A stretch of 64,000 bases of DNA from Cyanobacteria bacterium auto_48_18 (GCA_036170915.1 JAVHQC010000001.1:1-64000); one strand, 5' to 3'; counted from the stretch's first letter, positions 18,217 through 28,308 are shown. Numbers and translations: made by a program. The notes: generated by a model from the sequence alone, not told the origin.

Positions 18217-18843
18217 ATGTTTTCAGGAATAGTTGAAGAAGTCGGTCAGGTGCTTGAGATTAGCGATACTGACGGCGGCCGTCGCCTGAAAATTGGCGCT
18301 AAGAATATTATGTCTGACGCTCAGATAGGCGAATCGATCAGTTGCAGCGGCTGCTGTTTGACTGTGGTTGATTTTGGCAGCGACTGGTTTGCCGTTGACG
18401 CTGTGATTGAAACGTTGAGACGCACCAATCTGGGCGATGTAAAAGTCGGCAGTCGGCTCAACTTAGAAAAAGCCCTGCGGGTTAGCGATCGACTTGGTGG
18501 CCATATAGTCACTGGTCACATTGATACAGTGGGCAAAGTGGCTTCAGTTGTAGAAGAAGGCTTCTCTTATCTGGTCACCTTTAATCTAGAAGGCCGCTGG
18601 GCGCCATTTTTTGTTGAAAAAGGGTCAGTTTCTATCGATGGAGTTTCATTGACCGTGGCCGATTGTGGAGCCCTGCCAAAAAATCCCGAAGATGAGTTCT
18701 GGTTTAAGGTTGCCCTCATTCCCCACACCTGGGAAGTGACGACACTCGGACAAATCAAGGCTGGATCGGCTGTGAATGTGGAAACTGACATCATTGCTCG
18801 TTACGTAGCCAGGCTCACCAATCATCCACTGGCCTGCACTTAG
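18217..18843 (+). CDS. ribE: Riboflavin synthase (alpha chain)
   Basis: MFSGIVEE N-terminus, GCCLTV, RLNLEKAL...RLGGHIVTGHID, DGVSLTV, VNVETD. Confidence 0.97.
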   Translation: MFSGIVEEVGQVLEISDTDGGRRLKIGAKNIMSDAQIGESISCSGCCLTVVDFGSDWFAVDAVIETLRRTNLGDVKVGSRLNLEKALRVSDRLGGHIVTGHIDTVGKVASVVEEGFSYLVTFNLEGRWAPFFVEKGSVSIDGVSLTVADCGALPKNPEDEFWFKVALIPHTWEVTTLGQIKAGSAVNVETDIIARYVARLTNHPLACT

Positions 18844-18971
18844 GCCCTAATAAACGTTAATAAAGTTGATCAAAAGGTTCCTTTGGCCTGTTTTCTTGGC
18901 TATGCTTTGGTAGTCCCTTGATATATATTGCCGGTGACGGCTCAAGAACAGTTCAAAATCGAGGAAGTCTG

Positions 18972-20312
18972 ATGGAAACAAAAGCGGCTAGCAGTGACCT
19001 GCAATCTCAGGGTGAGAATGAGCAGCCCAGCAGTTCTTCCGGTTTTTCAGCCTCAGATTTTGACCCAGCAACTTTCAACACCATCGAAGAAGCCTTAGAA
19101 GACCTCAGAGCCGGCAAGTTTGTCGTAGTCTCAGACGACGAGGGCCGCGAGAACGAAGGCGATTTGATTTGCGCCGCCGAGCTCATCACTCCTGAAATGA
19201 TCAACTTTATGGCCACCGAAGCGCGTGGCTGGATTTGCCTGTCACTGACGAGCGAGCGCGCCACCGAACTTGGTTTGTCGATGATGGTGGAACGCAACAC
19301 CGAATCGCAAGGGACAGCTTTTACTGTGACGATTGACGCTGATACCAGATTTGGTGTCACTACAGGCATTAGCGCTTATGACCGTGCTACCACTGTTAAG
19401 GTGGCTGTAGATCCTCTCTCGAAGCCAGCCGACTTGAGAAGACCTGGTCACGTATCACCATTAGTTGCTAAAGATGGTGGCGTGCTCAAACGCGCAGGCC
19501 ACACTGAAGCTGCCGTGGATCTGGCTCGCTTGGCTGGTTGTAACCCCTCTGGTGTAATTTGCGAGATCATGAATGCCGACGGCACCATGGCTCGTGTGCC
19601 GCAACTTCGTGAATTTGCCCAGAAGCACAACATCAAATTTATCAATATCGCTCAACTGATTGCTTACCGCCTGGTGCGCGAGCGCTTTATCGTTCGTGAG
19701 GCTGAATGCGAGATGCCATCAGCCTATGGCGATTTCAAACTTTATGCTTATCGCAATGTGTTAGATGGCAGTGAGCACATCGCTGTTGTTAAAGGTGATG
19801 TTGTCGGACATAGCGACGTCATGATTCGTGTGCACTCTGAATGTTTGACTGGTGATGTTTTCGCCAGCCTGCGCTGCGATTGTGGCCCACAGCTAGAAGC
19901 GGCCATGGCGCTTATTGCCAAAGAAGAGCGCGGTGTGCTGGTTTATCTGCGTCAGGAAGGTCGAGGCATTGGTCTGCTCAACAAAATCAAAGCTTATGCC
20001 CTGCAAGAAAGCGGCCAAGACACGGTGCAAGCAAACGAGTCATTAGGGTTCAAACCAGACCTGCGTGACTATGGTGTCGGTGCACAAATACTGAGCGATC
20101 TTGGTCTGACATCGGTGCGCATCATCACTAATAACCCGAGAAAGATTGTGGGCTTAGAAGGCTATGGCCTTGAAGTTACCGGTCGCGTTAGCATGCCACC
20201 ATCATGCAACAGTCACAATATGAATTATCTGTTCACTAAAAAAGAAAAACTCGGTCACTGGCTTGAGCTGGCCGGACAAACTGAAAATCAGCACTTTGAG
20301 AGAGGCGAATAA
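18972..20312 (+). CDS. ribBA: Bifunctional 3,4-dihydroxy-2-butanone-4-phosphate synthase / GTP cyclohydrolase II
   Basis: [46 protein letters not shown]; start set at ATG 18972 after GAGGA. Confidence 0.97.
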   Translation: METKAASSDLQSQGENEQPSSSSGFSASDFDPATFNTIEEALEDLRAGKFVVVSDDEGRENEGDLICAAELITPEMINFMATEARGWICLSLTSERATELGLSMMVERNTESQGTAFTVTIDADTRFGVTTGISAYDRATTVKVAVDPLSKPADLRRPGHVSPLVAKDGGVLKRAGHTEAAVDLARLAGCNPSGVICEIMNADGTMARVPQLREFAQKHNIKFINIAQLIAYRLVRERFIVREAECEMPSAYGDFKLYAYRNVLDGSEHIAVVKGDVVGHSDVMIRVHSECLTGDVFASLRCDCGPQLEAAMALIAKEERGVLVYLRQEGRGIGLLNKIKAYALQESGQDTVQANESLGFKPDLRDYGVGAQILSDLGLTSVRIITNNPRKIVGLEGYGLEVTGRVSMPPSCNSHNMNYLFTKKEKLGHWLELAGQTENQHFERGE

Positions 20313-20314
20313 CC

Positions 20315-20815
20315 ATGGCTAAGGGCGAAGCTGAAGTAATTGAGGGGCGTTTGATTGCCACCGGATTGCGATTCGGAATTGTAGTTAGCCGCTTCAATGA
20401 CTTTATTACCAGACCGCTTTTAGATGGTGCTTTAGAGACCATCAGACGTCATGGTGGCGAACTCAGTGACGTTGAAGTGATGTGGTGCCCTGGAGCATTT
20501 GAAATTCCACTGGTGGCCAAACAAGCAGCGGCAAGCAATCGCTATGACGCTATTATTTGTCTCGGTGCCGTCATTCGCGGCTCCACCGCTCACTTTGATT
20601 TTGTTGCTGGCCAGAGTGCATCTGGAGTGGCAGCAGTGGCTTTAGAAACCAATTTGCCTGTGATCAATGGCATTCTTACAGTTGATTCTATCGAGCAAGC
20701 CATAGAGCGCGCCGGCACTAAAGCCGGCAACAAAGGCTCAGAAGCGGCTGCTTGTGCTATTGAAATGGCTAACTTGCTGGCTGCGATGAAAAGCCATGCA
20801 GAAGTTAAGGCTTGA
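20315..20815 (+). CDS. ribH: 6,7-dimethyl-8-ribityllumazine synthase
   Basis: [41 protein letters not shown]. Confidence 0.97.
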   Translation: MAKGEAEVIEGRLIATGLRFGIVVSRFNDFITRPLLDGALETIRRHGGELSDVEVMWCPGAFEIPLVAKQAAASNRYDAIICLGAVIRGSTAHFDFVAGQSASGVAAVALETNLPVINGILTVDSIEQAIERAGTKAGNKGSEAAACAIEMANLLAAMKSHAEVKA

Positions 20816-22430
20816 GCTTAAATACGTAAGCAGAAAAATTGGGTGGCTATTTGCTGCGCTGTTAATTGTGGCTATTTCAGGCTGTTCTGCCGGAAAGCCT
20901 CCTTTGTCTGAGACTTTAAATCACGGCATAAATTTCGGTGATTGGAAACAGACCGAAGCTCTCTGCAATCAAATACTTGAGAAAAATCCTGATGATGCCG
21001 ATGGGCTTCTAGCGAGGGCACGGCTGAAATCAATGGTTGGAAAAAATAGTGAAGCTCTTTCGGACTTGAACAAGGTCCTTGCCAGGATGCCTCAATTTGC
21101 TCAGCCATTAGGTAACCGCGGAATATTGTTGTCGAACATCGGCAAAACACAAGCCGGCGAGGCTGATTTGAAGCAGTACCTAGCCCTGACATCATCTGCT
21201 CGGGATGTTTATACACGATATTGTCGCTCAGTAACTTTCGACTATTTGAAAAATTACGATTCGGCAGAGAAAGAGTGCAAGAGCATTGTAAATTCAACTA
21301 AATCAGCTACAGAACCAGCAGCGCTTTTTGATCGCGGACGCGCTCAGGCAAGGCTAGGAAACAATAGAGAAGCCGCTGCAACTCTTGAAAGTCTGGCGCT
21401 TAAACACCCATCAGCGCCGTTGTTAGGCACAACATTAGCTTATTGCTACGCCGAGAGTGGTCAGTTAGATCTTGCTATAAAACAGTGCGCTGCAATCGCG
21501 AAACTAGAACCAGATTTTGTAAATAATGAGGGTGTCTGGGGATGGGCACTGGAAAAGAAGGGAAAATACGACGAAGCAATTCGCCATTACGACAAGGCGC
21601 TCAAAATCGATGAAAAATATACGTACGCTTTTAGGCGCAGAGGTTATTGCAATTATTCCCTGAAGAAAAATGATGCTGCTTTGAATGACTACAACAAAGC
21701 ACTAGCAATTCATTCAGATAACACTGCTGCTCTTTTAGATCGGGCGCTTCTCTATCACGATATTGATAAACATAAAGAAGCTATTGATGACTGCAAGCGG
21801 GTGACTATACTAGACCCAAAAGAGGTTCGTGCCTGGAGGCAGCTCGGTGACTCGTTAGCCCACTTGAAGCAGTGGAAGGAATCGTACGCTGCGAGCAGTA
21901 AAGCGCTTGTCTTGTCACCAAAAAATACTACAGCCCTCTGCAACCGCGCCTGGGCCTCAAGAGAGATGGGTGACTACAAGAAAGCTCAGGATGATTTAGG
22001 GGCGGCCATTGCTATCGATTCCAAACTTGAATATCCCTACTATTCACGCGGGTTACTATTGCGAGACGAGAAGCAGTACGCTAAATCTATTGCTGATTTT
22101 TCTCAAGCAATCAAGATCGATCCCACCAACGCTTTTAACTATTGCGCGCGCGGCTGTTCAGAAGTTCGCAATGGCAACTACAAAGAAGCAATTGCAGATT
22201 GCACCAAGTCGATTGAACTTAATTCAAATAGGTTGCATCCGTATCTTTCAAGGGGTGAGGCCTATTCGGCATTAGGTCAGAATACTTTGGCCCTAAGAGA
22301 TTTAACGCATGTCCTGGATCATCATCCTGTAAATACCGAAGCCTTAGCCGAACGCGCAAAGGTCTATCAGAAATTGCATAAAACAAAACTTGCAGCGGAC
22401 GATTTGGCGCAGTTGAAATCCTTGAAATAA
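20796..22430 (+). CDS. TPR-repeat lipoprotein
   Basis: Lipobox ISG/C; more than ten TPR motifs (e.g. [28 protein letters not shown]). Confidence 0.9.
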   Translation: MQKLRLELKYVSRKIGWLFAALLIVAISGCSAGKPPLSETLNHGINFGDWKQTEALCNQILEKNPDDADGLLARARLKSMVGKNSEALSDLNKVLARMPQFAQPLGNRGILLSNIGKTQAGEADLKQYLALTSSARDVYTRYCRSVTFDYLKNYDSAEKECKSIVNSTKSATEPAALFDRGRAQARLGNNREAAATLESLALKHPSAPLLGTTLAYCYAESGQLDLAIKQCAAIAKLEPDFVNNEGVWGWALEKKGKYDEAIRHYDKALKIDEKYTYAFRRRGYCNYSLKKNDAALNDYNKALAIHSDNTAALLDRALLYHDIDKHKEAIDDCKRVTILDPKEVRAWRQLGDSLAHLKQWKESYAASSKALVLSPKNTTALCNRAWASREMGDYKKAQDDLGAAIAIDSKLEYPYYSRGLLLRDEKQYAKSIADFSQAIKIDPTNAFNYCARGCSEVRNGNYKEAIADCTKSIELNSNRLHPYLSRGEAYSALGQNTLALRDLTHVLDHHPVNTEALAERAKVYQKLHKTKLAADDLAQLKSLK

Positions 22431-22539
22431 GGAAAGGGAGTGTCTTTCTAGATGTAGGTTTGTCTTTCCAGAACTGAAGCGTGCACGTTTCAGTTTCAAA
22501 AAAAGCCAAACAAGATGACGCTACCATTTCTCGAATGTT

Positions 22540-23799
22540 TTACCCCGGGCGTATGCCTGCCACTGCTTTTTTTAGCTCTGCGTGCTCGAAGGCCGAGGCC
22601 ATACGATCAATCTGACTTGTGGCTACGCCGAGATTCGCTGCTACGCTGCGCCATGAGGTCACGGCGGTTCCCACCTCATAAGCTATTTGATGTGCATCTT
22701 CCTCACTAATTTCAAAATAGGGCGCTACTTGAAGCGCAAGTTCAAGCGACGCGGTGGCGTCATCAAGATTGATAGAAGTGCTGAGCACGCGCGGTTTTAT
22801 ATCTATTGGCACCGGATTAATATCGTAAGCTGGGGAGAGACGCCAACCCGCTGAATCGCTATACAAAAAACCATGATTTCTCAAATGGTCGTCGGTGTTA
22901 GAAATTAGAATGCTTAGCACCATGCGACGCCACAACATGCGCATATCTTCTGTGGGTGCGCCGCCAACCTGGCGCAACACATCTACGAATTCCAAATAAC
23001 TTCGTTGTTCATTGTCTCTGGCATCAAGCATGCTCATCGACGACATAAATGGAATGCGGGTTGCTTTCATGCGATCGAAACGTCGCAGTAGAAGGACAGG
23101 CCTTTTTGCAACATTTTCCAGTCGCCATTCCGGCACGTTAACGCCAGCTTTGCTCGCGAGAGTGAGGGCGACTGCTTCCCATAGAACAGTATTGATCGCG
23201 TCGCCCTCGTGCGGGAATTTTGCTATCGCTAAATGCCCATCTCGATCGCGCACGGAAGCCTTTGGACGGGCGCCTCCTAGAGAAGAACCCGGGGCAAGCA
23301 GTAAACGTAAGTCTTCATCTGATTCCTTGTCGCCTAGTACGTTTTCTGATGCCGAGAGTAGTCGGGGTAGTTCAATCAATGGCGGTATTTTTTTCTTTCC
23401 GTTTTCTGCTAAAAAAGGTCCACCTGCACTTGCTTTAAAGCGGAGTGCGCCTTGACGTGCTTCGTCGTCAACCATCAATAAATAATCGATCTCACGGAGG
23501 GTTCGAGCTGTTTTTCCGTCGCCTTCCGCGCGCCGACGGTCAGCTCTGCGCATTAGCACGCGGCCCCATCTGTCCGGGGCGGAGTCACCGATGGCACCAA
23601 AAAGTGCGCGATCACTATGGAACGGCCCAGGACCAAGTGTTAGAGCGGGCTCTAGCGAAAATCGTAAAGGATTAGAAAGCCAGCCTTTGTCATATTCGAA
23701 CGATGCACTGTTTTTTTCTTTGCGCGTGCGTGTCCACAGACGTCCGACAAGAAATGGCTTGCCGGCAAGATCAACATAAACCAGCGTCTCAGTCTCCAT
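22540..23799 (-). CDS. hipA: HipA-family kinase toxin (type II TA)
   Basis: N-terminal HipA couple domain (SFEYDKGWL, DSAPDRWGR), GSSLGGARPKA, NTDDHLRNHGFL, LSPAYD. Confidence 0.93.
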   Translation of the reverse strand: METETLVYVDLAGKPFLVGRLWTRTRKEKNSASFEYDKGWLSNPLRFSLEPALTLGPGPFHSDRALFGAIGDSAPDRWGRVLMRRADRRRAEGDGKTARTLREIDYLLMVDDEARQGALRFKASAGGPFLAENGKKKIPPLIELPRLLSASENVLGDKESDEDLRLLLAPGSSLGGARPKASVRDRDGHLAIAKFPHEGDAINTVLWEAVALTLASKAGVNVPEWRLENVAKRPVLLLRRFDRMKATRIPFMSSMSMLDARDNEQRSYLEFVDVLRQVGGAPTEDMRMLWRRMVLSILISNTDDHLRNHGFLYSDSAGWRLSPAYDINPVPIDIKPRVLSTSINLDDATASLELALQVAPYFEISEEDAHQIAYEVGTAVTSWRSVAANLGVATSQIDRMASAFEHAELKKAVAGIRPG

Positions 23800-24155
23800 T
23801 ACGATGCTCCGGGCTTGTCCGGTGGCGCTGCTTTCGTTCGCGGAAGCCTAATGCGTTTTGGTAGTCGCTCCTCTTCAAGTTGGCGCCCAAGCGTGTCTTC
23901 CACGGCATCTGCCAAGTTACCAACTCGATCAATCATACCGAGCGCAAACAGAATTGTTGCGTAAGTGCCCATTGATACTCCTTCGTCGCCGTTCTCAACG
24001 TTGTATAAGGTCATTCGACTGATCGATGCTCTTTCTGCCAGGAGTTCTGTCGGTATGCGACGGCGCAGTCGAGCGTCTCGTATGTCTTGTCCAAGCTTGC
24101 GCAGCGCCCGGCGAACGGGTATAGGGGTGGAGGAGTTTGCTATTGATTTGGGCAT
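23799..24155 (-). CDS. HipB-like XRE/HTH antitoxin
   Basis: LGQDIRDARLRRRIPTELLAERASISRMTLYNVENG helix-turn-helix; TAATG stop/start overlap with hipA; start set at ATG 24155. Confidence 0.9.
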   Translation of the reverse strand: MPKSIANSSTPIPVRRALRKLGQDIRDARLRRRIPTELLAERASISRMTLYNVENGDEGVSMGTYATILFALGMIDRVGNLADAVEDTLGRQLEEERLPKRIRLPRTKAAPPDKPGAS

Positions 24156-24186
24156 AATGTCTACTATAATTATCGCTATCACTGTT

Positions 24187-24216
24187 AGCGTAAATGATAT
24201 TAGACCTTATTGTCAA
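24187..24216 (-). promoter_or_regulatory. Putative sigma70 promoter of the hipBA operon, with nearby palindromes (candidate operators)
   Basis: Minus strand TTGACA (24216-24211), 18 bp, TACGCT; upstream CACGTACGTG (24228-24237) and GTCT-N8-AGAC (~24245-24260). Confidence 0.55.
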
Positions 24217-24320
24217 GATAGGCGCGTCACGTACGTGTAATAAAGTCTTTAATAATAGACGTTATAAGACTTAGTGCCAATAATACTATACGTAATTCTG
24301 TTCTTTGTCTCAATTGAAAT

Positions 24321-24419
24321 CAGTCAGCCAAACCAGCAATCACTAACTGCATCACCATCGGTTTTCGCGCCGCAGCTGCTTCCACCGCAGTAATTCGCTT
24401 TTCTCCGATGTGCGCAGAT
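24321..24419 (-). pseudogene. Decayed duplicate of the 3' end of the MTA/SAH nucleosidase gene
   Basis: 24331-24419 aligns with 25301-25393 (shared CTGCATCACCAT, GCTGCTTCCACCGCAG, TTCGCTTTTCTC, GTGCGCAGAT) with a 4-bp gap; it translates AVEAAAARKPMVMQLVIAGLAD* versus AVEAAAARVAMVMQAVIAGGFSG*. Confidence 0.85.
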
Positions 24420-24484
24420 CTGTGCAAGAAAAAGTAGAAAAAGCGCGTCAAGTTGCACGACTAGCTTTGCCTAGTGTTGTTCGC

Positions 24485-25039
24485 TTACATCTCTAAGAAA
24501 TTTAGATTTTGTGGTCCTGGTCGCTGCTCTTCCATTGTTCCTGTCAAAGGAACATTTTTGTCGACAATTTCAAAGACAATATCTTCGAGCCACATGTGGC
24601 CTATTCCACTGATGTACATGCCAAATGACATAGAGGTGCTGTTTTCAGGCACATCGACCACAAGTGCATATTGTGTCCAATCAGTTTCACCATTGATGAT
24701 GCGGTCTGGCCACATATTATCGAACGTGCCGTTTTCCCGATGGTAAGAGCGCCATATGCCGTGAATAACGACATATAGCTGGCCACGACTGTCTTGCAAA
24801 TTAGACTTGACCCACGCCGTCATTCTGATTCGTTTGCCTAGATACTCGGACACGCCACAATCTTGATAGAAGCAACCCAAATCTTCGGCGCTATCATCAC
24901 TTCTCGCTACACGCTGAACCGACAACGTTTTCATACCTTTGACACGCTGCGAATCTTCTATGTCGACAATGAAATCTGTTTGTCTTTTGGCGCTAAACTG
25001 CCAGTTTTTTGGAAGCTTGATAGTTTGAAGAGTGCTCAT
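24485..25039 (-). CDS. Stand-alone beta-sandwich (carbohydrate-binding-like) domain protein
   Basis: YLGKRIRMTAWVKS...FDNM..RIINGETDWTQYALVVDVP...FGMYISGIGHMWLEDIVFEIV resembles a module usually fused to AraC regulators, S41 peptidases or erythromycin esterases. Confidence 0.7.
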   Translation of the reverse strand: MSTLQTIKLPKNWQFSAKRQTDFIVDIEDSQRVKGMKTLSVQRVARSDDSAEDLGCFYQDCGVSEYLGKRIRMTAWVKSNLQDSRGQLYVVIHGIWRSYHRENGTFDNMWPDRIINGETDWTQYALVVDVPENSTSMSFGMYISGIGHMWLEDIVFEIVDKNVPLTGTMEEQRPGPQNLNFLEM

Positions 25040-25211
25040 TGGCTTTCTCCGCGTTCGAACGATAATGGACTGTTCTTACTAATACCATGGTAAACGTTTG
25101 CCGGTTCTGATTTTTCCAATTGTGTCCGCTTGCTTGATTGTAGTTTCTATATCCATTTTTGAATTCATGTTTTCGACTTTAGCGTTGTGATTTAGACACT
25201 TGCCGATTTCA

Positions 25212-25251
25212 ACAACCTATAAGTTGTATATCGCTACAACCTATAGGTTGC
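25212..25251. promoter_or_regulatory. Twin palindrome element, copy 1 (ACAAC-N6-GTTGT x2, 24-bp period)
   Basis: ACAACCTATAAGTTGT (25212-25227) and ACAACCTATAGGTTGC (25236-25251); the same architecture recurs at 41144. Confidence 0.75.
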
Positions 25252-25286
25252 AAAATAGGGTCTAGGCAGCAATTTAAACTAACCCA

Positions 25287-26081
25287 TTATCCGCTGAAAC
25301 CACCTGCAATCACCGCCTGCATCACCATGGCCACCCGCGCGGCCGCTGCTTCCACCGCAGGAATGATTTCGCTTTTCTCTAAAGTGCGCAGATATTCGTT
25401 ATTAGAAATTCCACGAATAGCTAAATTAGCAATGCCGTGTATAGCAGCCACTTGAGCTATGTAAGCGCTTTCCATATCTTCAGCGTCAATGCCAAAGTTG
25501 TCTCGCACAAAGTTCAATTGTTTCAGGCCTTTTGTCCAACCATCGAAAGATCCAATAACACCAGCCACCACTCTAGCTGGCCGTGCGGCATGATCTACTG
25601 GCCAGCCTGGTGCCTGCCACTGCCCAAACTTTTCCAAGAGCGCAGAATTCGCCGTCAGAGCCAGTTGCAACAACTTGTCGTCACCAGGCAACTTATCACA
25701 GTGCACTGACTGGCCATCTTTTAAATAACGAATAGCAGTGGTGGCAATGAGCAAAGTTTTGCGCACTTCCAGAGTTTCTTTCGAAGAAATGATTTTGCAC
25801 GCCGCACCAAGCACGATATCACCGGGCATTAGACTGCTGTCTATAGCCCCAGCTGCGCCACCGTGCAAGATCAGGTCTACACCGTATCCGATTAGATGTT
25901 CAGTGGCCGCTGCGGCGTTGGCCGGGCCAATAAAAGAAACGATTACAGTGAGCTTTGTCTGCTTTAAATCGGCCTGGTAAATTTGCCAGGGAGAACTTTT
26001 TTGCAGAGTGAGTTGCGGAAATAATTCCAGAAGCGGTGCGAGCTCAAATTGAGTCGGTATAACAATACCAATATGAGCCAC
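25287..26081 (-). CDS. mtnN: 5'-methylthioadenosine/S-adenosylhomocysteine nucleosidase (PNP/UDP phosphorylase superfamily)
   Basis: IGIVIPTQFE, IGPANAAAAT, GAAGAID..LMPGDIV, AEDMESAYIAQVA, IRGISN; the terminal SN (usually SD) makes the exact substrate uncertain. Confidence 0.8.
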   Translation of the reverse strand: MAHIGIVIPTQFELAPLLELFPQLTLQKSSPWQIYQADLKQTKLTVIVSFIGPANAAAATEHLIGYGVDLILHGGAAGAIDSSLMPGDIVLGAACKIISSKETLEVRKTLLIATTAIRYLKDGQSVHCDKLPGDDKLLQLALTANSALLEKFGQWQAPGWPVDHAARPARVVAGVIGSFDGWTKGLKQLNFVRDNFGIDAEDMESAYIAQVAAIHGIANLAIRGISNNEYLRTLEKSEIIPAVEAAAARVAMVMQAVIAGGFSG

Positions 26082-26085
26082 GGCC

Positions 26086-27579
26086 TTACTCTACTTCAGC
26101 GTACATCTGAGCCAGCTCTGGAACATCTTTTGAAACTACAGGGTTTTCGCGCAAGAACTTATCGATGGTGCTGGTGATGCGCCACAACTGGAATAAATTA
26201 CCTTGTGCTTCGACTTCACGCATGATTACGGCGCGTTGCAGCTGCATTTTATTTTGAATCAAACGAGAAAGAGTTGTGCCGCTAAAGTGGAAACAAATAT
26301 CTGGCTTGTGCAGTGTGGGGTCAAAGGGCACCACTTCTGTTTCGCCATTGCCTTTCGAGCGCAGCAGCCATCCATGCACGCTACCAGCGCGCAGGTGAAA
26401 ACCAATAGTGGTGCCATTGATTTTTGCGTCTTTCAATGCACCATGTTCAATGCGTTCGGGTACAAATTTTTCAAAATAATAGTGCGCCAGTTGTTCTGAA
26501 TAATCGAGCACGCTGGGCTCATCGATAACAGTCACATGCTCGCCCCAGTGGTGGCTTTTGCCTGACTGAATCATCTTGTCAAAATAGTCTTTGTCTAAGC
26601 GCATGGGCGGCATTTGATAACGCCCTGCTACTTCAAAAAGATTTCTCGTTTTGACTTGAACATCATCTAGCAAAAGTTTGCGCAGAGTGCCCGGCAAGTT
26701 AAGGTTATCTTGTTCGCTGCAAATAATTTCCTGGCAATTTAAAGACTCAGCCAGGTGTGTCAGCCATTCGCGATTGAGTGTCATTTGAGTCGACACCAGA
26801 TTGCAAATGCGTGGGCGGGCTTCGTCTTCAATGTAGTGGAAGAAAGTGCTGACGGCGACATCTACTGGTAAGAACCAGAGAGTAGAGTCGGGATTGTAAG
26901 CCAGTTTAAGAGACGCCGCAGGGAAAAAGGGCTTGGAGGTTTCTTGCACGATTTCTTTTAGCAGTGTGTAAATGCCGTCGTATTTAATTGATTCACCACT
27001 TTTGGTGTCACCGCTTAAAAGTGGCAGGCGCACAAGATACCAGGGTGATTCACTGCCCGCGAGATTCTCTAAAATGCGCTGCTCATATTGTTGGCAAATG
27101 CCTTCCCAATTTGAAAGTGATTTACGTCTGGCAAATTCAAGTTCTTCTGGTACCACGCCGTCTTTTTGCACGCCGCCCCAGATAGACGAAATAATAAATG
27201 TTGGTGTACCGCGAAAAGCTTTCATTATTGCTTTGAAGTCGGCACCAGCAAGTGGTGCTCGCGGCGAGCGGGCTTCATCAAAATTGGGTGGCAGTGCACT
27301 GAATATGATGGCATCATATTTGTGATGTTTGACCGCTTCAGCTGGCTCAACCACTTTAAGACGATCTTTGAAAACACGCTCATTTTCTTTGCCGCCGAGC
27401 GCTGCGTAAAGCATGTTCTGGGCTTGAGTTTTCAGGTCAAGTGGCGAGAGGCTCAAAAGGCTTAGCGAAGACTTGCAGGCAAAGTGAACATGCCAGCCCC
27501 GTTTGACTAGATAGGCGGCTAATGGCCCGTTAAACGAGGTAACGGGGCCCCAGATGTAAGCAGTTTTTTGAGTGGTCAT
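26086..27579 (-). CDS. Extended SDR/thioester-reductase-like domain fused to SCP2-like sterol/lipid carrier domain
   Basis: Rossmann-like start AYIWGPVTSFNGPLAAYLVKRGWHV, LVRLPLLSGD..SGE, FLPVDVAV; C-terminus PDICFHFSGTTLSRLIQNKMQLQRAVIMREVEAQGN matches the SCP2 pattern. Confidence 0.7.
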   Translation of the reverse strand: MTTQKTAYIWGPVTSFNGPLAAYLVKRGWHVHFACKSSLSLLSLSPLDLKTQAQNMLYAALGGKENERVFKDRLKVVEPAEAVKHHKYDAIIFSALPPNFDEARSPRAPLAGADFKAIMKAFRGTPTFIISSIWGGVQKDGVVPEELEFARRKSLSNWEGICQQYEQRILENLAGSESPWYLVRLPLLSGDTKSGESIKYDGIYTLLKEIVQETSKPFFPAASLKLAYNPDSTLWFLPVDVAVSTFFHYIEDEARPRICNLVSTQMTLNREWLTHLAESLNCQEIICSEQDNLNLPGTLRKLLLDDVQVKTRNLFEVAGRYQMPPMRLDKDYFDKMIQSGKSHHWGEHVTVIDEPSVLDYSEQLAHYYFEKFVPERIEHGALKDAKINGTTIGFHLRAGSVHGWLLRSKGNGETEVVPFDPTLHKPDICFHFSGTTLSRLIQNKMQLQRAVIMREVEAQGNLFQLWRITSTIDKFLRENPVVSKDVPELAQMYAEVE

Positions 27580-27630
27580 TGTTTTTGCCGAACTATCTCT
27601 AAACTCTAATTTTCGCTGCCGATATGCTAC

Positions 27631-28308
27631 TTACTTGGACAAAAAATTGCTAAAGCTCATTTCGCTGTTGGCCAGACAAGTGCCTGCAACTTCATCACCG
27701 AGCCTCATACTATCTTCCCTTTCGTACGACCGATAGCTTTCTATGGGCAGTATTACTAATACGTAAAGTCCGGCCAGTCCATTTAAGACCTTGTTAATCA
27801 CGGTAGTTACAGTAGGGACCGGGATTAGAGCCAGAATCAGGGCGAAAATTTGCAGCAGCAAAAGTGGCCCCAGGTAAACAAGGTTGCGCGTTAAGGCTTG
27901 CTTGAAAGATGGCTGATTGCCGCTGAAGATGTCAACCACTTTAAAGCCCATCAGGTTTTTACCGAAGCCGCGGCCCTCAAAGAAATAATCGCGAACGATT
28001 AAAAACAACACAATCACCAGGGTACCGCTGAAGAAGTGGTTCACCAGAGGTGTCACCATGACCATCAAGCTCAGCACAAAGCCGATACCAAAATCGATTC
28101 CCAGGGCAATAACCCGGCGGCCGGGCTCGATTTTTTCCGGCTCAAACTCAGCATGCGCTCTTTTTTCAGCCAGGCCTTGATTGAAATTATTCCAAGCCCT
28201 GGCTATGGGGTTACCGCTTTTAGCCTCGGTCTCGGTCTCATATCGGTTTCTTCCGGAACCGCGTATTGGTCTGGGCATATGCATCCTAATTATTTGTATC
28301 TCTATCAT
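27631..28308 (-). CDS. RDD-family membrane protein
   Basis: GRRVIALGIDF, GRGFGKNLMGFKVV, RLGDEVAGT; three TM helices. Confidence 0.88.
   Translation of the reverse strand: MIEIQIIRMHMPRPIRGSGRNRYETETEAKSGNPIARAWNNFNQGLAEKRAHAEFEPEKIEPGRRVIALGIDFGIGFVLSLMVMVTPLVNHFFSGTLVIVLFLIVRDYFFEGRGFGKNLMGFKVVDIFSGNQPSFKQALTRNLVYLGPLLLLQIFALILALIPVPTVTTVINKVLNGLAGLYVLVILPIESYRSYEREDSMRLGDEVAGTCLANSEMSFSNFLSK

Noticed and set aside
25212..25251. CRISPR mini-array or integron attC site (also 41144-41183)
   Set aside because: Only two 16-bp units with 8-bp gaps, no spacer-sized unique sequence, no cas or integron integrase gene, and no clear attC R-box geometry.
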